Source: an uncultured Alphaproteobacteria bacterium (GTDB lineage: Bacteria; Pseudomonadota; Alphaproteobacteria; RF32; CAG-239). Taken from it: a stretch of DNA of 55,143 nucleotides. The stretch covers positions 1 to 55,143 of the forward strand of contig CASFTO010000076.1 in NCBI GenBank assembly GCA_949297665.1. Reading direction: 5' to 3'. A program made the translations under genes and the position numbers. Shown piece after piece: positions 47,867-55,143 of the stretch. Each line of letters opens with the position of its first letter. Positions within the stretch are counted from its first letter, which is position 1. The notes beneath the pieces are model-generated. The model made no database searches, was not told the DNA's origin, and saw only the letters and a program-made list of their open reading frames with translations.

Positions 47867-49384
47867 TTAATCATACGCGTGGTAATAGCGTTTTTTATAA
47901 TCAAAGTCGCATTTTATATGACTGAATTCCGGCTTTAATATGTATATTACATCCGAATTATCAAACGGCTTGTAATATTGATTAATTAAATTCATATCCG
48001 GCACGTGCACAAATTTTTCAATACCACGTTCGGCTGAATATTTATCTTTATACGGTGCAATGTATATAATTTTTGGCTTATATGTTGCTATTACCTTATT
48101 TATATCCATCAGTGGATGTATTCCAACTTTGGCTCCAATTACATCCAATTGTCCTAATAAATTCCAGTAGTAGTGAGGATCTCGATTATACAGATTGTAC
48201 AAATTTCCATCTCCATTAATAACATAGTCACAAGGGGTTGTTACACGTACAATCTTTTTATTCAGCGGATCATAAAAGCGCCCTACTCTATCCCCAAGAT
48301 TACCTTCATACACTGCAGGTTTATACATACAAAAAGCCAGAGCCACCACTAATACATATATAAGAGCAAAATGTTTCTTAAAGATTTTTTCTTCCAAAAA
48401 CATAGCACTCAAAATAGAGGCCAAATATATCAGCAAATAAAAATAATACGCAAAGGCTGAAAAATACAACAAACGTTGCGCCAACTCTGTTAAAAACAAA
48501 ATGGTTAGTATGTTAAAATATATATTTTTCTGGCGAATAAAGCAGATAATCGCCAAAAAACTCCCAAGCAGAAGCATCTTTAATTCCGGCCAAATTATTC
48601 CATGTCGGCGCTCTTCTGCAAATAGTTCAGGTATGTGCAAATTAAAGATAAAATTGGAACGATACCATGTTTCTAAGATGTCATGATGCCATAAGTAGAC
48701 GGCATATCCTAAACTCAAAACTATCGGTAATAACATTGCATAAGCCAAAGCATCAACTTTTATGACTTTCTTATGCAGCAGATAAAATGTTATCAACGCC
48801 AATATAACAAGGGCAAAAATAATTTTTTGCAAAAACATAAATGACGCCCAGAATAACAACATGGCTAGACTTAATTGGCTTACTTTTTGCTCCTTTATAT
48901 GTTTAAAGTAAAAATACAATCCGGCAAAAAAAGCGGTCATCATAAAATTATCGGGACGAAAGTTTACCACAGATACGACGACATACGGCGTCAAAGCTAT
49001 TGCGGCGGCAATTATACCTCCAGTTTTATTGGTCAAAAAGCGTGAAGCAATCAGATATAAAAGATAGTAGTTCAAAAATGAACTTAGTATAGAGCAACTT
49101 ACGACGGTTGCTGTAATGATATTGTCATCTAATCCGTGCGTGTGTAAACCGACAAATGGTGCAAACAAGTACCACAGTAGAGGATTATGGTGTTGGAAAA
49201 AATCTTTGTATGGGATAAAATTTGCATAAACCAACCACGAGGAGTGTATATGCTCCAATGTATCTCCCCCCAAGGTGTTCGTTTTCCATGCAATATATAG
49301 GCAAAATATAAGTCCGGCGCATAAATGCCCAATCAGAAAAAATGCCGGAAATTTGTGATATATTTTTTGCAATATTAACGGCAT
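47867..49384 (-). CDS. Polytopic GT-C-fold (ArnT/PMT-like) membrane glycosyltransferase
   Basis: ~11 TMs; periplasmic-loop D..EH, PY.DFF.HH.PL, RPD motifs; soluble C-terminal domain. Confidence 0.7.
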   Translation of the reverse strand: MPLILQKIYHKFPAFFLIGHLCAGLIFCLYIAWKTNTLGGDTLEHIHSSWLVYANFIPYKDFFQHHNPLLWYLFAPFVGLHTHGLDDNIITATVVSCSILSSFLNYYLLYLIASRFLTNKTGGIIAAAIALTPYVVVSVVNFRPDNFMMTAFFAGLYFYFKHIKEQKVSQLSLAMLLFWASFMFLQKIIFALVILALITFYLLHKKVIKVDALAYAMLLPIVLSLGYAVYLWHHDILETWYRSNFIFNLHIPELFAEERRHGIIWPELKMLLLGSFLAIICFIRQKNIYFNILTILFLTELAQRLLYFSAFAYYFYLLIYLASILSAMFLEEKIFKKHFALIYVLVVALAFCMYKPAVYEGNLGDRVGRFYDPLNKKIVRVTTPCDYVINGDGNLYNLYNRDPHYYWNLLGQLDVIGAKVGIHPLMDINKVIATYKPKIIYIAPYKDKYSAERGIEKFVHVPDMNLINQYYKPFDNSDVIYILKPEFSHIKCDFDYKKRYYHAYD

Positions 49385-49396
49385 CTCTTTTTCTCC

Positions 49397-50449
49397 TTAG
49401 GGCATGAATATCGTTTGCTTAAATACGTTTTCCATAAAAAATAATAATATAAAACTTAAAATAAAGGCAATAACCGGTGTGGCAACCCAACCCGATACAA
49501 CGCGCAAAATCAGACTCCATTTTATACCTTTTCCCCCTTTTACCAAACCTATTCCTACAATTGCACCTATTACGGCTTGGGTACTGGAAACAGGAACCGC
49601 CGGTAATGGAGGTAAATTCATTGATATTAGGAAGTTTTCCAGATTTTCCGAGGAAAACAATATCAAAACCAGTGATTGCGATAAAATCACAATCCATGCC
49701 ACGGTCGGAGAAAATGACAATACATTCTTGCCAACCGTCTTAATGGCTTTTTGCGAATATGTGAATACCCCGATGCACGCCGCAACCGCTCCTAAAAAAA
49801 AGAGAACTTGCGTACTGCTTAAGGTGTAAAAATTACCTAATTTAAGCGGTGACAAGACATTTGAATCAATGAATACTCCGACGACATTTGCCATATTGTT
49901 GGCGCCTAACGCAAAGCCGCCCAGCGCCGTTGTCAGTATCATTCCGACTCTTACCGCCATGTCTTGCCATAGGATATGTACTTTACTGTGATGCAGCAAT
50001 TTTTTAACGCAGATATATAATCCAACAGCAATCACTCCGGAAATAATCGGACAAAATATCCATGTCGCGCAAATATTCGTTAATGTTTCGGTATCCGTCG
50101 GTTTATGATTGTACACGTTCCACCCGATAATCCCTCCGACAATCGCTTGTGAAATTGATACGCTTATCCCTGATTTTAACATCATCAGAACAGCCAATGC
50201 CGATGACAATGATACCGTAAAAGCTGCCGGCAGAGTATTGACTTCACCTAACGCATTTAAGGTTTCTGCCGTGTTTTGACCGCTGAATACCGCTCCCAAA
50301 ACCAAAAATATGCTTGCGATTATCGCTGCTGTCGTAAAACGGAGCATCTTTGTTCCAACTGCCGTCCCAAATATATTCGACGCATCGTTAGCTCCTAGTG
50401 ACCAACCTAAAAATAATCCACTTGAGAGAAAAAATAAATATTCGAACAT
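49397..50449 (-). CDS. PiT-family inorganic phosphate transporter
   Basis: GANDASN.FGT and GANNMAN repeats, PVSSTQ..IGAIVG.G, W..TP. Confidence 0.93.
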   Translation of the reverse strand: MFEYLFFLSSGLFLGWSLGANDASNIFGTAVGTKMLRFTTAAIIASIFLVLGAVFSGQNTAETLNALGEVNTLPAAFTVSLSSALAVLMMLKSGISVSISQAIVGGIIGWNVYNHKPTDTETLTNICATWIFCPIISGVIAVGLYICVKKLLHHSKVHILWQDMAVRVGMILTTALGGFALGANNMANVVGVFIDSNVLSPLKLGNFYTLSSTQVLFFLGAVAACIGVFTYSQKAIKTVGKNVLSFSPTVAWIVILSQSLVLILFSSENLENFLISMNLPPLPAVPVSSTQAVIGAIVGIGLVKGGKGIKWSLILRVVSGWVATPVIAFILSFILLFFMENVFKQTIFMP

Positions 50450-50452
50450 TGA

Positions 50453-51112
50453 TTAAATTTCCCTCTTTATTGCGAAAATAAGCAGTGCATCAATGCAGTC
50501 TTCGGCTAAATCCGCTATATCCGCTACTTCTTCTATAAAATTATTGATTTGCATTTTGCGGGCTAAATCTAAATCGGAATCAAATACTTCATTACGCAAT
50601 TTGGCCGCTGTCTTATCACTCTGATGCTCCAACAAATATACTTTTTTAGAATAATCGCGCAAGGTTACCAAATCTCTGAAAAATGCACGCGATGCTATGG
50701 CCATATTTTCCGCACAGTCGGCTACTTGATTGACCAATTCTCGCAATTGTTTGTGATATGCTTCCGGTATGTCGGGACGTTCTATGTAAAATTTATGCGC
50801 AACCTCATCAAATAAATTGATAACTCTATCCAGATTTTCTACTAATTCCAAAATGTTTCCGCGTAAATCCGGTATCAGATTTTGTTCATATAATTTGCTC
50901 TCTATTTCCCGACGCAATGTATCCGAATCGTGCTCTATTATCTTTATCTTTTTACTGGTTTGGCGATATTTTTCGCTGCGCATCTCTTGCAAATATATAT
51001 CCACAGCTTCCTTAAAAACCATGGTCATTTCTATGATCTTATCATGTAGACTGTCTATGTTATGCTCCAAATCTCTGGTGCGGGCAAATAATGATATCTT
51101 TACGTTAAACAT
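50453..51112 (-). CDS. DUF47 / PhoU-like phosphate transport accessory protein
   Basis: EH.SD..RR and LEH.SD, IAD.AED repeats; directly upstream of the PiT gene. Confidence 0.9.
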   Translation of the reverse strand: MFNVKISLFARTRDLEHNIDSLHDKIIEMTMVFKEAVDIYLQEMRSEKYRQTSKKIKIIEHDSDTLRREIESKLYEQNLIPDLRGNILELVENLDRVINLFDEVAHKFYIERPDIPEAYHKQLRELVNQVADCAENMAIASRAFFRDLVTLRDYSKKVYLLEHQSDKTAAKLRNEVFDSDLDLARKMQINNFIEEVADIADLAEDCIDALLIFAIKREI

Positions 51113-51273
51113 TTATACTCATTTCCCTTCTCTTTTTCAGAATCGTTTTTCTTTTGGTGTTATTTGATTTTAAACTTACACACTTTGTCAACATATTTTT
51201 ATTTTTGGCTTGCATTTATTTTTTTATTCTCTTACTTTTTAGTGGTTATATAACATTTTTAAGGATGGGAATT

Positions 51274-52020
51274 ATGCAAAAAGATAATATTATTACCGTT
51301 TTGGTATCTGTTATTGCGAGCGTTGTTGTTTCTGTTGCTCTTTGCTCGACAGTTTCTGATTCTAAAACTACAACTTCTTCTACCGCTGGTCAAAATGTAA
51401 ATCAAGCTATTGAAGATTATTTGATGAATAATCCTAGCAAAATTCGTGAAGCTTTGGAATTAGCTGCTCAACAAGAACAAATTGCTGAACAAAAACGTAT
51501 TGCTGAACTCTATAAAGCTAATTGGAAAGATTTGAGCTCTTATGAAGGTTCTCCTTTTGTCGGACCTAAAGATGCTAAAGTTACTATTGTTGAATTCTTT
51601 GATTTCAACTGCGGTTACTGCAAACGTTTAGCTCCTGAAATGATGAAGATTATTAAAGCTAATAAAGACGTTAAAGTTGTGTTCAAACCCGTAACATTTT
51701 TAGGCTCCATGCCGGCTGCCAAGGCTGCTATGGCTGCTAATAAACAAGGTAAATTCTTGGAAGTTTATGAGGCTTTGTTAACTCATAATGGTCAAATTAC
51801 CTCCGCCGTTATTGATGAAATCATCAAAAAGGCTGGGCTTGATGTTGAGAAAACTAAAAAACTAAGGGATAGCGACGAAATTGCTAAAGAAATTTCTGCT
51901 ATTGCCGACCTTTCTCAAAAGGTTCAAATTCGTGGCGTTCCGACTTTGATTATGAATGGTGAAGCATTGCAAGCTATTGACGAAGCAACTATTCAGAATG
52001 CCATTGACAGCGTTAAATAA
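51274..52020 (+). CDS. DsbA/Com1-like thiol-disulfide oxidoreductase, paralog 1
   Basis: YL..NP..I.EA, G..DA.VTIVEFFDFNCGYCK, GVPT. Confidence 0.9.
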   Translation: MQKDNIITVLVSVIASVVVSVALCSTVSDSKTTTSSTAGQNVNQAIEDYLMNNPSKIREALELAAQQEQIAEQKRIAELYKANWKDLSSYEGSPFVGPKDAKVTIVEFFDFNCGYCKRLAPEMMKIIKANKDVKVVFKPVTFLGSMPAAKAAMAANKQGKFLEVYEALLTHNGQITSAVIDEIIKKAGLDVEKTKKLRDSDEIAKEISAIADLSQKVQIRGVPTLIMNGEALQAIDEATIQNAIDSVK

Positions 52021-52043
52021 ATAGTTTTCTTTTAACGGTTTTC

Positions 52044-52072
52044 GGTCCATCTCTTTTGAGATGGACCTTTTT
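52044..52072 (+). terminator. Intrinsic terminator
   Basis: GGTCCATCTC/GAGATGGACC plus T5. Confidence 0.85.
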
Positions 52073-52165
52073 GTTGTTAAAATTTGATGATTATGCTTAA
52101 AAATTCTTGCATATACTTTTATCACGCTTTAAGCTAGCTTTAGTTTTAATATTAGTGAGGGCGTT

Positions 52166-52960
52166 ATGAAAATCTTTTTTAAATATTTTGCTGTTTTAGT
52201 TGTTGCCGCTCTTGGCGCCGGTGGGGTTATTTATCTTGATGCGCATTGTCCAAAAAAACAGGCTGAGCAGTCGCAACTTATTAATCAAGCCATCGAATCT
52301 TATGTTCAAAATAATAAGGAAACTTTGGCTAATCTTGTTTTGGAAAGCGATACTTTTAAGAACTCTTCTTTCCAGATAAAAATGAGTGGTGAGTCCGAAC
52401 AGCAACCTGAAACCGAAAATGTAGCAGATGACAATCCTAATAAAACTTTCTTAAAACATTGGGATGAAATGAAAAATAGTGAGGTGGCTCCTTATGCCGG
52501 ACCTAAAGAGGCTAAAGTTACCGTTGTCGAATTTTTTGATTTCGCGTGTGGCCACTGTAAAGCATTGGCTCCGGTTATGGCTCAATTGATTAAAAATAAT
52601 CCAGATGTGAAATTTGTGTTTAATCCGCTTTTCTTCATGAGTGAACATTCTCCTTATGCTGCGAAAGCCTCTCTAGCGGCTTTTCAAAAGGGTAAATTTG
52701 TAGAAGTTTTTGAGGGAGTTATGACGCTACCTGAAATGAATGAGGATACTATTAACCAAATTCTTATTGATGAAGGTCTTAATGTCGATGAAATTAAACA
52801 AATGATGGAGCAAAAAGAAATTCGGCGTGGAATTCAGGATATTGACGCGCTTTCTCAAGTTTTGGGTATTAACGGCGTTCCTATGCTTATCATCAACGGC
52901 GAACCTTTTTATGGGCGTAGTCTTGATGACTTGCAAAATAAAATCAATAGCTACAAATAA
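52166..52960 (+). CDS. DsbA/Com1-like thiol-disulfide oxidoreductase, paralog 2
   Basis: VTVVEFFDFACGHCK, GINGVP; N-terminal TM. Confidence 0.9.
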   Translation: MKIFFKYFAVLVVAALGAGGVIYLDAHCPKKQAEQSQLINQAIESYVQNNKETLANLVLESDTFKNSSFQIKMSGESEQQPETENVADDNPNKTFLKHWDEMKNSEVAPYAGPKEAKVTVVEFFDFACGHCKALAPVMAQLIKNNPDVKFVFNPLFFMSEHSPYAAKASLAAFQKGKFVEVFEGVMTLPEMNEDTINQILIDEGLNVDEIKQMMEQKEIRRGIQDIDALSQVLGINGVPMLIINGEPFYGRSLDDLQNKINSYK

Positions 52961-52984
52961 AAAATAGTTTTTGGGTAAAAAATT

Positions 52985-53018
52985 ATCCCCTGAAGCCATA
53001 AAGCTCAGGGGATTTTTT
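52985..53018. terminator. Bidirectional intrinsic terminator
   Basis: ATCCCCTGA/TCAGGGGAT stem flanked by A- and T-tracts. Confidence 0.8.
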
Positions 53019-53030
53019 GGTTTGGATTAA

Positions 53031-54077
53031 TTAAGGTTTGAATACTTGTCCGTCTGCACCGATTATTTCGCCATCTTCAAATAAGACACCGAAAATTGCA
53101 CCGTCGTACAGTTTATCCAAAGTTTTTGTTTTTGGGTTGAAACGGCGGATTGTTCCGTATACCCCTTTATATCCTTCCTTATCATATACCTCACTAATCA
53201 AAGTAGTTGATTCTCTGCCAAGTGAGTACCCTCGGTATAGTTCCGTGTACTCAAAGTGTTGACCTAGAAGAATGACTGTATCGTTTCCTTCATGGAAAAT
53301 GACAGATGATACCGATAATATATAGCAACGAGGATTATTTTTTTCATTGCAATAAATTCACCAGACCTGATATTTATCTTCATTCTTTATTATCAAATAT
53401 TCATTTGGCGTGGAAACTTGGACAATTTTTCCGTTATATACACTCTCTATCTCATTCTCTTGCGGGACTAAGATATTTTCACAAGTGTATCTATCGGCGG
53501 AAATTTCCGTATACCCGTCATCTTGCAGGATATGCAGGACAACCTTATCCTTTTCATGCTGATTTGGAGATACAAATATGTAATATCCAACACGTTGCCC
53601 GAGCACTTGAGCGTCGTCACTGTCTTTATTCACAAGCATCCACGTTTCTACACCATCATCGCTTTTAACACAGTAAATAAACGCGTTTTGACTTCCCGAG
53701 TAAATCTTCCTATCGTATGCGGCTGCAATGACCATAAACTCAGCATCTTTGGTTCTTAGGAGAATTTCATATGTACATGGGCTATATTTATGCTCTATTT
53801 GATAAACATAAACCTTGCACTTTTTGTTTCCCATCAGCACTGAAAAGTAATCATCTGCGCGCAATACTTGCGCCACCCCTTGTAAAAAGAAAAATGTTCC
53901 ACAACAGAACATCAACCAAGCAAAACTCTGTTTTTCTTTATCCGGTATAGGTGCTACTGTGTATGCAATACAGAGTATGAAACCTAATACAGCTAAAAAT
54001 CCATAAATACTAAGTAATTTTTTCCATGCGGAGCGTTCACCTATACGCGACCATCTCCAAGACATTAATTTATCCAT
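53031..54077 (-). pseudogene. Hypothetical 2-TM protein interrupted by one in-frame TGA (53358-53360): nonsense pseudogene or readthrough
   Basis: After ..KYQVW-TGA the same frame stays open for 108 codons (IYCNEKNNPRCY...IIGADGQVFKP) to TAA at 53031, next to the terminator. Confidence 0.75.
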
Positions 54078-54176
54078 AAAACATTATAATTTAGTGATAC
54101 AATAATTGTTAACTGGCGAGTATTGTATCTATTTTTGTTTATTTGTCAAATATTTTGTAAGGGCAAATAACGCTTA

Positions 54177-55142
54177 CTAATTTATTGTTTCACTTAGCTC
54201 CATCCACTTTTCTTCTGTTGCGGTTATTTCTTGTTCTAGGTTATATAGCTCAATTTGCATTTTGGCGACTTCACTACCGGAAACTTGAGCAAATTTTTGT
54301 AATAATTCCGCTTTTTTAGCCTCTAATTTACTTAACTCTTGTTCAATTTGGCGCAACTCTGCTTTAACTTTACGGTCTTGTTTATTATTCGATATATTTT
54401 TTTCTATTGGTGGGACTAGCTTTACTTGTTCTTTTATTTCTTTTTTTTCAGGCTTTTCTTCTTTTTTTTTCTCTTTATTGAGCAAAAAAGCGCGATAATC
54501 TTCCAAATCTCCGTCAAATGCCGTACAAGTATTATTGTGTACTAACCACAAATTATCTACAACCATTTCCAATAAATGAAAATCGTGCGAAATCAAAATA
54601 ATCGCGCCATTATATGCATTTAACGCTTCGGCTAAAGCGGTTCTTCCCTCCATATCCAAATGGTTGGTCGGTTCATCGAATATCAGTAATTCCGGTTTAT
54701 CTATTGATATTCTCGCAAACAGTAATCTTGTTTTTTCACCACCCGATAACGCTTTAATTTGCGTAACCGCCTTTTCTTGTTCCAAACCGAAATGCCCTAA
54801 ATGAGCTCGGATGTTTTTCTCCGGTGTATCCGGCTCTATGCTTTTCATATACTCGGTTGGCGTTAGCTCCAGCGGCAATTCCTCGGTCTGATTTTGATTG
54901 AAATATCCGATTTTCAGTTTACCGCTTTTTTTCATAAGCCCTTCCATCATGGGAAGATGTGATGACAGCATTTTTACCAACGTTGATTTACCATTACCAT
55001 TCTTCCCCAATAACGCAATTCTGTCATCTTGGTTAATGTAAAAATTGAGCTTCCGTAGCACAACCTTATCACCATAACCGACAACACCGCCTTCTACGGT
55101 TATCAGAGGCGATGGCATTGGTTTTATGTCAGGAAAAGTAAA
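54177..55142 (-). CDS. ABC-F family ATPase (5'-truncated by window edge)
   Basis: GKNGNGKST, LSGGEK.RL, DEPTNHLD, ISHD, C-terminal coiled coil ending ..EEKWMEL. Confidence 0.93.
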   Translation of the reverse strand, partial: FTFPDIKPMPSPLITVEGGVVGYGDKVVLRKLNFYINQDDRIALLGKNGNGKSTLVKMLSSHLPMMEGLMKKSGKLKIGYFNQNQTEELPLELTPTEYMKSIEPDTPEKNIRAHLGHFGLEQEKAVTQIKALSGGEKTRLLFARISIDKPELLIFDEPTNHLDMEGRTALAEALNAYNGAIILISHDFHLLEMVVDNLWLVHNNTCTAFDGDLEDYRAFLLNKEKKKEEKPEKKEIKEQVKLVPPIEKNISNNKQDRKVKAELRQIEQELSKLEAKKAELLQKFAQVSGSEVAKMQIELYNLEQEITATEEKWMELSETIN

Positions 55143-55143
55143 T

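Noticed and set aside
76-53759. Numerous short overlapping or antisense ORFs in the six-frame track (e.g. 1541-2098, 12485-12958, 30926-31402, 42768-43214)
   Set aside because: They are shadows of well-supported genes on the other strand or frame and have no motifs or start signals
1-55143. Alternative genetic code (TGA=Trp/Gly or Arg-codon reassignment)
   Set aside because: All conserved genes are full length under code 11, and CGG sits at a conserved Arg in NadE (QARIRG)
1-55143. CRISPR array, transposase, prophage or rRNA
   Set aside because: No regularly spaced direct repeats, no DDE/integrase/phage structural motifs and no rRNA-like segment seen

Overview
AT-rich chromosomal segment of an alphaproteobacterium. 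The assignment rests on an ffh-leader RNA, prmC-DUF4167, rpoH, secG-pyrG/tpiA-ppiD synteny and an alpha-type parE; a reduced, host/gut-associated lineage is inferred from gene content. Most of the window is housekeeping: pncB-nadE, pyrG, tpiA, fmt, tRNA-Leu-tig, nfo, tRNA-Pro, ffh-rpsP-rimM-trmD-rplS, prfC, prmC, rpoH, asnS, tyrA, rpsB-tsf, parE, a Pit transporter, two DsbA-like and two CobB paralogs. There is no CRISPR array, intact transposase or prophage. The main accessory signals are: (1) a five-gene non-canonical chaperone-usher-like fimbrial locus built from DUF4402-type subunits (5214-11242), with a 22-bp inverted-repeat pair and a competing terminator just after the putative major pilin gene; (2) a stand-alone small protein with CD38/ADP-ribosyl-cyclase-like catalytic motifs, coupled to a membrane metallophosphoesterase; (3) an unrecognised ~55-aa domain present three times in two neighbouring ORFan envelope proteins; (4) a basic protein made of three ~105-aa repeats; (5) a gene split by a single in-frame TGA, in a window where TGA stops are rare. 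All family calls come from motif recognition by eye; no database searches were run.
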